A stretch of DNA of 62,515 nt, taken from Isurus oxyrinchus. Lineage: Eukaryota. The DNA is taken from NCBI GenBank assembly GCA_026770705.1, contig JANJGN010000026.1, positions 32,674,001-32,736,515 on the forward strand, read 5' to 3'. Of this stretch, positions 1-10,999 are shown in pieces. Every line of letters begins with the position of its first letter. The first letter of the stretch is position 1. Both the position numbers and the translations under genes were made by a program. The notes under the pieces were generated by a model. That model was not told the DNA's origin. It saw nothing but the letters and a program-made list of their open reading frames with translations, and ran no database searches.

Positions 1-770
1 AAAGCGCGAAGAACGGAGATGAGACTGCTTTCCATCATAAACTCCAGCTGTGAGCCTTGATCCTGATCAGCTCTTCAGAGTCCACTTTCTCCGTTCAGAG
101 AGAGGTGTGACTGCTTGAATGGTGCTGTTGCTATTTTCCTGCCTCGCTGATTGCCTGAAAATATGAGTAAGACTGCCCCTGTAAATGCAGCCCGACCGGG
201 ACAAGCCAGTACTAGGATAAAACGTAGTTCATCCCATGTAATATCACAGATTATGCTTAAAGCAGCCACTTCTCTTCCATTTAATCATTCGAGGAGTGAC
301 AAAATCTCCATGACTTAGATCTGAAATCCGTACGCAAACAGGAAAACCAGACTGGAGGTTGATTAAAATTGAAATATTGGTTCGGATATGAGACGAACTG
401 TGTTTGTTCCATAATTACCTTTTCGAAATGCTTCACTTCTCCCCCGTCCCCCAGCACCATTTGACCCCAGTTGCTGGGTGGCTACATTGTGCTCGGGGCT
501 TATTTTAAAGGATGAAAACACAACCTGATGAAATGTCTTCATTTTCTGTACATTGTTTCTGAACCAGCAAAATACTCTCATCAAATAGACACGATGTGCC
601 GGCTTTGACAAAGGGACCTAGAAGGAGAGAGTGAAGATGGGGATAGGGCTGCTTAAGAGTTCAGACAGGCGAGGAAAAATCATCGAAAGTCTAAATGTGA
701 ATTAGCGCAACACAAATTTATTCATGGAATTCATTTTTAGCATATTTGAAAGTTAAAGCCAACTAATAAA

Positions 771-905
771 AGTTCTGATGAAGAGTCATACGGACTCAAA
801 ACTTTAACTGTATTCTTCTGCGCAGCTGCTGTCAGGCCTGCTGAGTTTTTCCAGGTATTTTTGTTTTTGTTTCAGATTTCCAGCATCCGCAGTATTTTGC
901 TTTTA
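771..905 (+). mobile_element. Penelope-like element pLTR/3'-end fragment with decayed hammerhead ribozyme core
   Basis: AGTT-CTGATGA-A-GAGTC-atacg-GACTC-aAAACttt-AACT followed by the same tail (gctgtcaggcctgctgagtttttccagg...gtattttgctttta) as the ends of the Penelope element at 25863-28690. Confidence 0.75.
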
Positions 906-1079
906 TACTATAATATAATTCCCCAGTTGCTGCCCGCCCGTTCTTCTTCAGCGCTGCCTTTATTTTGATATTTTATTAAAAGTTTGTGATCCTTTAAGTC
1001 CGAGCTATTGCTTCCGTTTATCGGTGTGAGTGCGCCCTCTTCTGAGCACTAACCGGAACTGGGATCCGCTGTATCTCTG

Positions 1080-1500
1080 CAGCATGGCACAGAACTATAT
1101 GGCACTGTCGGAGAGGAGAACCCCGGCGATATTTAAAGGAATCATTTTATTTCCTTTGTGCAAAACAGCTGAGAACCTGTCTGGGGAATCTGGAGACTTC
1201 TCTGCATCCCCCAAGCGATATATCTTCATTAAATATCTCGGAGCTTCCCCGGGATACTGGATGTACCAGAACAGAGTTGAAACAGCAGCTTTCGAGTAAT
1301 TACAGTCCAGTTTTATGCTCTGTCCTTCCAGAACCGTTAACTCAGGGGGATCTTGGGAAACTGAATCTTTACCATTTGTTCCTGCAACAAAGCACAGAAT
1401 GTATCAAATATCTGGGAGTAAAGATAACACAAGTAATGGACACTGACCATTTAAGCATTGACTCACCGGGCAGCAAGCCATTATTAGCAGTAAGGAACAT
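1080..1500 (-). pseudogene. TCR alpha/delta-type V pseudogene ('KDSVSQDPP' family)
   Basis: Leader remnant 1467-1500 with GTGAGT donor. Acceptor ttgcag, exon from 1381: GTNGKDSVSQDPPELTVLEGQSIKLDCNY...LFWYIQYPGEAPRYLM...RFSAVL...DSAI*FCAML. TAG at 1095-1097 in the YYC motif; no recognisable RSS. Confidence 0.9.
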
Positions 1501-2549
1501 GGGGAATACAGGATGACAGGATTAGAGTTTGGAAGATGTAAGATATAATTGGAAATATGTTGACACTTCTGTTCTGATTGTAAAGACGAAAGTCGGATCA
1601 GGGGCAGGCTTCACTTATTGAGAAACTTAGGGGTGTGTCCCAGCGACAAGATTGGCTGGTGTCTCAGAACTGATGACAGTTGAGCGCCAATCAATGTTCC
1701 CTGTGGACAGATTATTTCTTCCGACTTTCTCCTCCCTGTCTTTCTCGGCCTCTCCGGATCATTCTTGGTTTCGTGATCTCTCTGTCTCATTTTGCCTTTC
1801 AGTCTCCATGGATCCATATCCCCTTTCTCTGTTTCTGACCCTTTCTGACAAACACTTTCTCTGCCTCTTTCTGTTTTTCCCGTTTTGCCTGAGGTTCAGA
1901 GTGCAGAAAATCCAATTTATCCCTGTCTCCCATTTCAATGAGTTCAGAAAAGTGCTCACTTCATAGGAGCAGTTACAGTCGATAAATTATTTAACCGTAG
2001 CTCAGAGGCAGCATTAAAATTAAAACAGTTATATATAAATCCCAAATATAGCAGGTGCCCTATTGGCATCATTTTTCTGTGTTGATATTTGAGACTCGGC
2101 ATCCTATTGGAATCTCAGTTGTTTCAAATTGTTTAAAACAGGCTTATTTTAACCAGTAATGGTTGAGATATTGAAATAAACAATGGAATCGCCAGGATTT
2201 AAAATAAAGCTTGAATTAGCCCCCGTGTATAAGGTCACCTGCACTAAAATGCATTATATTAACAAGAAGAAGAACGCGAGAAATGTGATATAATCATGTA
2301 ACAGTATCGTGTTCCTTTATCTGGAGCTCCCTGGTCGTCTCTGTGCGTTTATTGCAGCGGGTATGGGCACGATAACATGGTGTTTATGAGACTGATCTCG
2401 TAATCCAGGAGGTCAAGTAGCTCTCGGAAATCATCCTTTCCCTATTACGTGCAACATTATGTTATTTTTCTTTCCCTTCCTAGAATTCCTGCTTCCATTT
2501 AGAATATTGTTCATCTTGCTGCATATGTTCCCATTACTGAACCTTCATC

Positions 2550-2915
2550 TTTTTATTTAATCATTGATGAGATGTGGGCATCGCTGGCAAGCCAGAATTT
2601 ATTGCTTATCCCTAATTGCCCTTGTTGAGAGGGAATTTATGAATCAACTGCATTGTTGCAGGTCTGGAGTCACATATAGGCCAGACCAGGTAAGGGCAGC
2701 AGACTTCCTTCCCTAAAGGACATAGTGAACCAGATGGGTTTTTTCTGACAATCAACAATGGTTTCATGGTCATCATTAGACGTTTGATTCAAGAATTTTT
2801 TATTGAATTCAAATTCCACCATCTGCCATAGCGAGGTTCTAACCCGCATCCTCAGAGCATCACCAGGGGAGACCCTCGTCCTCTGGATTACTCGTTCAGC
2901 GACTACGCCATCGCC
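2550..2915 (-). mobile_element. tRNA-derived SINE sharing its 3' tail with the CR1-type LINE fragments
   Basis: Minus-strand head with A-box/B-box-like motifs (ggcgatggcgtagt...ggttagaacc), core aaaacccatctggttcact...gtgactccagacc, tail gggcaattagggataagcaataaa...gcccacatc; same family as 38135 and 45600. Confidence 0.8.
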
Positions 2916-3794
2916 TCTCTCTTTCTCTCTCTCTCTTGTTTATCTCAATGTCTCTCCTTCATTTGTATCTTTCTTCCTTCATTTTCTTTCTCTCTGTCTC
3001 TCAATGTGCTCGTCCCTCAGTCTCTCACTTACAAACACGTTTGAAGAACAAGTACTTAGCTGCCCAGGCGTTGCCCTAGCCCTTCGTGATTATTTGATTC
3101 ATTGAAAATATCCAAGTGTTGTTTTTGCATTAAATTCCCTGGGGACTCTTCAGGATTAGATGTCTGTTACTGTTGCAGAAAAGGAGATTAGTCAAATGGG
3201 CGCAGCAACAACACAAGACATGTACATTCCTGGCCATAACAGGCCTCTAAATCTCTCTATTTTATATCAGGACATTCGTTTCCAAAACCAAATGCGGTTT
3301 CTACTCATTTTCCAGGCTCCAATTACATTCATCATAAATCGGAGCATCAAACCAGTTGATGTGCTCAGTCCCCATCAGACACAATATTTGCCTATCCTTG
3401 TATAAAAGTATACTGTGGATGCTCTAACATAAAATTTTAAAAGTGCTTTAAGACACGGCAGGTCTGGAAGCATCTGTGGAAAGGGAAACAGATTAAAGCT
3501 TTGATTCGAATTTAACTCTTCTTTGGAACTCCGAGTTGGCCCAACAGCCTTTCCTGAGCTATAGGAGATAGTTGTATCTTTTACTGAAAAGGAAAAATGT
3601 GAAACCTGGCTCCAGAGGGCATGTCAGTGCGAAAAATATACCAGCGTTCGATTGTTCCCTTGCTCTTGTTGACGATGTGAAATATGTTTATCAAAAAAAT
3701 ATATTTGATTGTAAATCTCAATGACCCCAAATTAAACCAATTCTCCAGCAATATTCCTGATCCAGCGAGTGCAGAAACCAGCAAAACACAATGA

Positions 3795-4209
3795 ATGGAA
3801 TTACAGCTTCTGGTTTTGATTTTAGGTCAGGATTTTGTGGAGAATACTTTTTGCCATTAGAACATGTTTCTTATCTTCTGTATCAGAAGTTATCAACGGA
3901 GAGACTGTGATCAACCAGTCACAGCGGATCTTTACAGAAGAGGGACAATCGATTGAATTGCAGTAAAATGCAATCACCAGGGCCCCTGAGAGTATTCACT
4001 GGTACAGAATACGACAGAATCGTGGCCTGTAATTTATCAGGTCAGCTGTTAGCAGATGCACCACAGGCAGATTCTTCAACATATTCATTTACCCAACAAG
4101 AAGTTATTACATTCCCGGTAGGGACAGCACCGTGGACCCAGAAGCTGGGGTGTATTACTGTGCATTGAGGCACTGAGAGATAAAACAACCATTCCGAGCT
4201 GACAACCTC
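3795..4209 (+). pseudogene. TCR V pseudogene
   Basis: Leader MELQLLVLIL|gt (3795-3825). Exon 3887-4170: EVINGETVINQSQ...EEGQSIELQ*...IHWYRIRQ...L*...EAGVYYCALR, with two in-frame stops. Decayed RSS CACTGAG (4171) + 23-24 nt + (g)acaacctcc. Confidence 0.85.
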
Positions 4210-4489
4210 CACAACGGCCACTGCTCTCCTCAGTGTGCTGACTCCTTTGTGAACTACAGGCCCACAGACGCCATCCATTCTGCAGGGACAGGGTTAATAG
4301 GATCAGCTGAAGCCTGTTACTGTTTCACTGCTATCGTTTTCTCTTCATGTTGTTAACCATCAGCTCTTGATGGTTGGGTTGGGAATGATAAACCAAATTA
4401 AACTCATCACCGCGATGTTGCTGCAGGTCTGAGCTGGCAACAGTGTTTGGTTCAATCACTTCAGTTGCAAACGGAGATCAATGAACAAG

Positions 4490-4600
4490 TACAGCAGCGG
4501 AGGAGTCCATCAATACACCATACAGCAGAGGAGGAGTCGAACAATATACCATAAAGCAGAGGAGGAGTCCAACAACGCACCATACAGCAGAGGCCGAGTC
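4490..4600 (+). repeat. 31-bp minisatellite, about 3.5 copies
   Basis: Unit tacagcagaggaggagtccaacaatacacca repeated with few substitutions. Confidence 0.85.
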
Positions 4601-5289
4601 ATTTTGCCCCATTGTGCTTGAGTTTACTCTTCGCATGGGCTATCCAATTAATCCCACGTCTCCGCTCTTTCCCCAAACCTCCAAAAATTGCTCCTTTACA
4701 TGTTTGAAACATTATTCAGTTATTTCATTTAGAAAAAGAATGAAAGAAACATATTCTGAAATAGAGGCATTCATTTCAAATACACGTTGTTTTATTATAA
4801 TTGTTACGATGAACAATCGAGATATTGTAATGTAAAGGTATGGTAAAAATATTTCACTGAGCAGATCCCCACAGTTTCTCTGATCTCATCTGCAGCTTGC
4901 ACTCTCCCATTCTGCTCAAGCCTGTCAGTCAGGCCGCCCCCATTTCATTCATATGATAAGTGGAATTGGTCGAAGTGACCATGTCGCTTTAGTCAAAGCC
5001 TTCAGAGCGCACTGGTCCTCTATACCCACCTTTATATTAGGTGGTGTTTGTCTAATTCAACACGGCATTTTATTCAAATTCTTCTGGGTACACTGGTCCT
5101 CTATACCAACATTTCTATTAGCTGTGGGTAGCTGCACTGATCAGCTCTTTTAATGGGAGGCTCCGGCACTGCTACCAGCACAATATGGACTATTTCCCTT
5201 CACTCCATCCACCTCAGAGACTGAAACAGTTGGAGGGACAACATTGTGTTGAATTCCTGTCCAGTTCCCTGTTCCATTCATTGCTGGCC

Positions 5290-5492
5290 GCTCGGATGTC
5301 ATAAATTGGAGGATAAAGGAGCTCTCAGCTGATTGGACGAATAACAGAATAAAGGATTTGATTGGTCCACCTGCTGACTCTGTCAGGAATGAACCAATCG
5401 GCAGAGACACCGGATGTTGCTCAACGTTAACCCAACTCTTCACGAAAACAATTTCAGGTTCTATTCAAATCCGGCTTCAACTGTCTGCAAGC
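5290..5492 (+). promoter_or_regulatory. Promoter of the non-canonical V gene (CRE-like, E-box, three CCAAT boxes, ETS-like)
   Basis: gatgtca, cagctgattgg, tgattgg, cacctg, tgactc, ccaatc, ccggat; a similar arrangement occurs upstream of paralogous leaders at 12354, 21995, 41731 and 52267. Confidence 0.6.
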
Positions 5493-6004
5493 ATGTCGGT
5501 TATTACTTTTTATTCGTTCCTCACAACTGCAGCTCTCGTAACTGGTAAGCTTACAGCTGCAAAATCTCCTTGCAGGCAATGTGTTCTATGTTCACTATGT
5601 TTTGTCTCTGTTTCTAATGTGCCCCGTCACCTGATGATATTAAGTATATTAAAATGATGATAAAAGCTTAACGTTCTGTATTTCTAAATTTCTACAGGTG
5701 TTAATGGTGCAGAGTCGGTATCACAGGAGCCGCTTATAGCGAAACATTTCGAAGGACAATCGGTGACCATTAATTATAGCTACTCGGGCACTTATAGCTC
5801 ATATTCCTTACAACTGTACCGTCAGGACCAGGATAAAGCTCCGAAATTCTTGATCTACATCCCTAACTACGGGGATGTTGTCAGAGCAGAGGGCATAGGG
5901 ATTCGATTTTCTGCATCGATCGACACTTCGAAAAGTGAGGGGAATTTCACCATCCGTGACTTGCTGCTGTCTGACAGCGCGGTGTATTACTGCGGGCTGA
6001 GATA
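5493..6004 (+). CDS. Intact TCR alpha/delta-type V gene segment with non-canonical core (Cys23->Tyr, Trp41->Leu)
   Basis: Leader exon 5493-5544 MSVITFYSFLTTAALVT|GTAAG. Acceptor tctacag, V exon 5698-6004 open: GVNGAESVSQEPLIAKHFEGQSVTINYSYSGTYSSYSLQLYRQDQDKAPKFLIYIPNYGDVVRAEGIGIRFSASIDTSKSEGNFTIRDLLLSDSAVYYCGLR. Confidence 0.92.
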
Positions 6005-6043
6005 CACAGTGACAGGAACCAGAGGGAGCCCCGTACAAAAACA
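6005..6043 (+). other. 23-spacer recombination signal sequence
   Basis: CACAGTG (6005-6011) + 23 nt + ACAAAAACA (6035-6043). Confidence 0.95.
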
Positions 6044-6519
6044 CTGCCGCAATGTGATAAGGTGAATAGAATAGGCGGCATACTGTGGAGAAACCAGAAC
6101 TTCATTACATTATCAGTATATCGAGCTGATTTCATATAAATAACAAGCCGAGAGTAGCACATGCAGCATTGGAGAAGGCCTGCTCTGTTCCATTTACATC
6201 CAATATATTCTGAACATAATGCAAAAATGTGTTTAGAGATTTCGTAAAATTTTGAAAATTAAAGGTCTTAGGGCAGAAATGCTCAGCAAAGTATTTGACA
6301 GTGTGTTCTGGCCGTTACAGGAGATACACACATAAGAAAATGCAGCAGCAGGTATGTAACACTGCGGGTCGCTCAGGAAAAGAACAGGCTTTGCATTTAC
6401 ATAAAGTCCTGCGCCCTGTGTTCAGATTTGCCGAAGTGCTTCCAGCAAAATTCCGAATGCATTCTTTTTCAATTTGGCTTGCGCGTTCTGTCGTTTTACA
6501 GACCAACCGGTGACAATTC

Positions 6520-6765
6520 TGCTCCACATTGATACACGGCAGAGACACGAGCCCCAGCGATATTTAAAGGAAGTGTTTTCTTGTCTTGGTCCAATTCAGC
6601 GGAAAACCGGTCAGGGAAATCTGGAGAAACAATCCCTTCCCCTAGTTATAACCCTTCAGTAAATACCTAGGAACTTCCCCGCGATACTGGATGTACCAAA
6701 AGAGCGTTGATATAGTGTATTTTGTTGCGTAACTGCAGTTCAGTATTATTGTCTGCCCTTCGTAA
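6520..6765 (-). pseudogene. 5'-truncated TCR V pseudogene ('KDSVSQDPP' family)
   Basis: EGQTIILNCSYATKYTISTLFWYIQYRGEVPRYLLKGYN*, frameshift, SPDFPDRFSAELDQDKKTLPLNIAG...SAVYQC. Confidence 0.85.
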
Positions 6766-6898
6766 GTCCGCAATATATATCCAGCACTTTAGAGATGTTG
6801 CTGTTGACATGTTCCTCATGTCCTTTTTAAAAGTATATTGGGGCATCCTGTGTTGATGTGAATTTACATGCTGCCTCCTGCAATATTTAATTACTGAG

Positions 6899-7366
6899 AT
6901 GCTTTCTATTCTCTGGCCTGAATGCTCCAATGCCCCTTGTAATAGGTAGGTTGTGATTGATGTTCCCCACGTTGGGTGGAATGCTCATAATCTGTAAGTG
7001 TGTTAACTAATATTTTCTATGCTATTCTCCAGGCAAAATCCGTCGGAGCTGGGTAACGCAGCGTCAACGTGAGTTGAAGTTATCTGAGGGAGATAATCCG
7101 CAATTGAACTGTAATTACAGTTCCAGTTCTGATGATCCGGATCGCTCTGGTACCGGCTGTACCCGAACCAGACATCCCAGTTTATATTGTTCCGTGATAT
7201 TGCACGGATTGCGAGTTTGCGAAAGGGAAATTCGATGCTTGTCATCATGCTCATTAACATTTTATCCATTTGTCAATTTCTACAGCGGAGGCGAAAGGCA
7301 ACACATTCTATTTCTGCAGATTGAGAGTCTGGGAGCTTCAACGTCGCTCCAGTCCGTGCAAAAACA
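6899..7366 (+). pseudogene. TCR V pseudogene
   Basis: Frameshifted leader ~6899-6945 with gtagg donor. Exon 7033-7326: WVTQRQRELKLSEGDNPQLNCNYS, frameshift, WYRLYPNQTSQFIL...FAKGKF...FYFCRLR. Nonamer GCAAAAACA at 7358-7366, heptamer destroyed. Confidence 0.8.
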
Positions 7367-7399
7367 TCATCAAACTGCAGGCAAATAGTTAAGCAAAGG

Positions 7400-7563
7400 T
7401 AAAAGCAAAATGCTGCAGATGCCGGAAATCTGAAACAAAAACAAAAATACCTGGAAAAACTCAGCAGGTCTGACAGCACCTGCGGAAAGAAATACAATTG
7501 ACGTTTCGAGTCGGTCCGAAACGTCAACTCTATTCCTCTCCGCAGATGCTGTCAGACCTACTG
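7400..7563. mobile_element. Palindromic Penelope-derived mini-insertion with 13-bp target-site duplication
   Basis: Two inverted pLTR pieces centred on ttgacgtttcg...ccgaaacgtcaa; flanked by AGTTAAGCAAAGG at 7387-7399 and 7564-7576. Confidence 0.85.
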
Positions 7564-7689
7564 AGTTAAGCAAAGGCATCTGCCACAGTGAAAAATAAAA
7601 TCTTTCATTGGGAAAATGATGAAAAAACATATGTTTCCATGTTCTGCCACAATGGCGTCAAGGATCATGGACATCAGTTACGCGAAATG

Positions 7690-8100
7690 AGTAGAGAAAC
7701 TGAATTGTTTTCCTCGGAACAGTGGAGATTAAGTGGAATACTAATTGGGGGGACCAAATTTATGAAAGGATATCAAAACGTAGATGAGGAAAAATTATTC
7801 CTGCACGCAGCAGGAACGCCGTTGGGAGGATACTGATTCAAGGTAATTAACAGAAAAATCCAGGGGTAATTTATGATTAATTTCAAAGTGAGTTGCGATG
7901 ATCTTGAAAGCACTGCCTGAAAGGCGGTGGGAGCAGATACAATAATAAGTAATTGATTCATATTTGAAAAAGGTAAACTGCAGGCCTAGGGGGAAAGGCC
8001 ATGTAGTTGTTCTTATCGGATAGCTATTGCAGACTGGAAAGCACGGGAACGTTTGGCCGAATGACCTCCTCCTGTGCTGTATTATCCAGCAATTCTATGT
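7690..8100 (+). mobile_element. Decayed CR1-type LINE 3' fragment
   Basis: Translation resembles the CR1 ORF2 C-terminus (LFSSEQWRLSGILI...KFMKG); tail ggccgaatgacctcctcctgtgctgta. Confidence 0.6.
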
Positions 8101-9294
8101 ATCACACCCAATGCTAATCCCGGCACAAGCTGGAGTTCCTTGTGTTGGCTCTCGGCTAAATTCCCGAAACTATCTCCAGAATAGCACTGGAGGAAAACCT
8201 TCATGATGCATGTTCTGGCAGTTCAAGGTGAAGCTTCAGCACAATATTCTTATGTGAAATTAGGGATGGATAATATATGCTGGCCTTGCCATAATTGCCC
8301 ATAACAAGAAAATAGGTACAATAAAACTAAGAACATAGGGCTGGGATGAAAGCAGCTCGCCTTCACCTTTAAGACCATTTGCTTCATTACCCTGCTCAGC
8401 CTCTCTCCTCCCATCGTCTCTTTACCCACATTCGGCACAGCTGGGCTTTTGACTAGCTTTTTTCAGAGAAAGCAAACAGAAGCTACACTATGGCAATTAT
8501 ACCGATTGGGGAGATAAGACATGATGAAATATGTGAGTTCAACCAAGTTCCTCTTGCTGTTTGTAACATGAGCATCGGTTTCCAACAATAGATTATGAAG
8601 GAAATGTAATATGGCAGCATTAACATAGATATTTTCAGTTATTACTATTTTTCTTTGTCATTTCTTGATCGTTGTGGTATGAGCAATGGAGACGAGATGT
8701 TGTAAGGCAGTCATAACACAAAAAAGTTACAGAGGATAAAAATCCAGATACATTAGAAAATGTAACGAAATACAATGAACATCTGAAAGTGACCAACAGG
8801 TCAATGCGTTCCTGAGTGATCTGAATGGTCAAGAGTTTTTAGTATTCTACATTTGATCTGCTGTTTTATTCAATAGTTTTCAGTTCTCTTGTTACCATTG
8901 GTGGCCCTGAACACTGAAGTCAGGTTCACAGTGATAAATAATTGGCATGTTAGTTTCTCAGCTGCTCTCTTCGTAACGTTATCAGGGAAATATGAGGGAT
9001 GTTAAAGGAAAGGGCTTCTTACTTTATTTATGATTCACTTGATTTATGATTTTCCCAGACCTAAAATCTCTGCATATTACACTCGTTATTTTGCACTTTC
9101 TATAGATTCCTAAAATTCTGTTTTCGTCATGTTCTATTACTGCACTTTTTAGCTTTCTGTTTTTCTCTCACTCATTCTGGCTTTTTCTGCGTTTATGTTT
9201 CCAACTCTGCTCATTTCTCACCCCCTTGTAAATCTTGAGATACTGGAAACGCTGATCCTCCGATAACAACAGAGCGGCTCTCCCAGAAGGCGCA

Positions 9295-9644
9295 GGTTTC
9301 TGTACATATGCTCGTTGTACTGTGGTTTACAGCGCACAAATAAGTGGCCGTGTCTGTAACCCGGGCGCCCCTCACAGTCAGGACACTGAGCTTGTTGTCT
9401 ACAACGATTGATCGCGTTGATTGGCTCCTCTTGTTGCCATCACCAGATGCTGGGGCAGCTGATTTGGGGGTTGTCTTTACCAACGCACAATGTCAAATGC
9501 AATAGTGATGGTGCAGTTCATAAACATGATTCCCGTTTCACTAACAATCACCCGCCCAGGGGTTTGCATCATCTCATCTTCACATGTCACATCCGTGCAG
9601 ATCAGGGTGGAAAACAGCAAACAGGCTCTGTAAATCCGGAGCAT
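9295..9644 (-). pseudogene. Intronless leader-V pseudogene with 14-nt-spacer RSS
   Basis: ATG at 9644 reads continuously MLRIYRACLLFSTLICTDVTCEDEMMQTPGRVIVSETGIMFMNCTITIAFDIVRW*RQPPNQLPQHLV, frameshift, SVLTVRGARVTDTATYLCAVN. CACAGTA (9318-9324) + 14 nt + ACAGAAACC (9295-9303). Confidence 0.88.
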
Positions 9645-10668
9645 TATCAGAGCACATGAAACACCAGCTGGACAAATTGTCCATTGACTTCGGAGTTAGA
9701 GCCGGGAGATGAATATTATATTCAGAAGAATTAACAAGGAGCAAAACACCAGCTTCAGGTCCTATTCAGAGGGAATCTTCTGTTGAATTAACTAAAGAGA
9801 CCGGGTCTTGGGATTGACTCGCCCATATTCAATATTTCACACTGACTCCGGCTAACGTATTCTGTGAGTTCATACCGGGCCGCACACATTCAATATTTCT
9901 CAAAGATTCACACTGCTCTCTGATGGTGTGCATTGGTAACTGCATGGTACAATCGTTCAAGTCAATTCCCGCCAATCTGCATTTCACAGGAGAGTTGTAA
10001 ATGAGAACAGCTATTCCCTTCGTCCTTGTATAGCACCCCTATCTGGAGAGGCCCTGTACCTCGCTTTCAATTGCAGCATTCAACGATCCCAGTGTATCTT
10101 CCTCCCTCATTCTAGTTGAATCTTTATTCCACAGTGTGATCACTTTCAGTGTGACAACAGGAATCTCTCTTGACATGCGTCTCAAAAGCTCATTTTATAG
10201 TTTAAACTCGTGTGCTGCCCCACATGGATGCAGTGCAAAATTTTCTGTTGGATATTTGCAACACACCAACATTGGCAACTCATAAAAGTATATTTCGCTA
10301 AAACAAATACAAGTTGGCCACCAGCGTTAAATTAATGCCTCTATTTCGTCATTTGTTCGTTTAATCACATTTTCTCAATGAAGTGACTGGACAATTGTGA
10401 GTCTGGAATTGCCCTGTCACTGAAAACAACATGATATCTCACTACCTTCTGGTGGCGGCGACATTGCACTACAGGGTGCTTCTTTACAACACTTGTTCGC
10501 CTTCGGAACTCAGGAGTGAGTTCAACAATTTCCGGTTCGAAACTCTACTGCATTTATACTTATTCATGTTTTTAGTTTAGACGGCACCTGGTGGTGAGGA
10601 ATCTGATTTTCATAAGTTTACTTCATCCAGGCAAAGCTACCCGTCTGTTTTATCTTTTCCTGTTGTAG

Positions 10669-10999
10669 CGTCTTTATCAGGTCTGAGTCACGGAGGTTCT
10701 GTAATGCAGCCGCTGTCCTCAGGAGTAAGGAAAGGATAACCGGCGAACTTAAAATGCACCAATAATAATACATGGAGAGGCAACTGTTATCAGCCAGAAA
10801 CTGAAACACAGCCAGTGCTTAATCTGATAAAATATCCAAACGACTCTGAAGATAAAGCGCATTTTGCTGAAATCTGGTTTACAGTGCACACTTGCCAACT
10901 TGACAAAATTCAGCATCTTCAGCTGAACAAAGCTGTAGTTTATTATTGCTCCCTTAGACTCACAATGTTGGAAACCAGTTAAACCCTCATACAGCTACT
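10669..10999 (+). pseudogene. TCR V pseudogene
   Basis: GLSHGGSVMQPLSS...G*PANLKC...EDKAHFAEIWF...QHLQLNKAVVYYCSLR; CACAATG (10961) + 23 nt + acagctact; paralogue of the V at 49653. Confidence 0.8.

Noticed and set aside
1-240. Possible leader and V remnant on the minus strand (LRFILVLACPG...QLEFM)
   Set aside because: Only vague similarity; no Cys, WY or YYC anchor within the window
4490-4600. CRISPR-like appearance of short repeats
   Set aside because: Head-to-tail minisatellite without unique spacers, in vertebrate DNA
7584-10140. Isolated CACAGTG heptamers (about 7584, 8927, 10130)
   Set aside because: No nonamer at 12 or 23 nt and no adjacent V, D or J coding sequence
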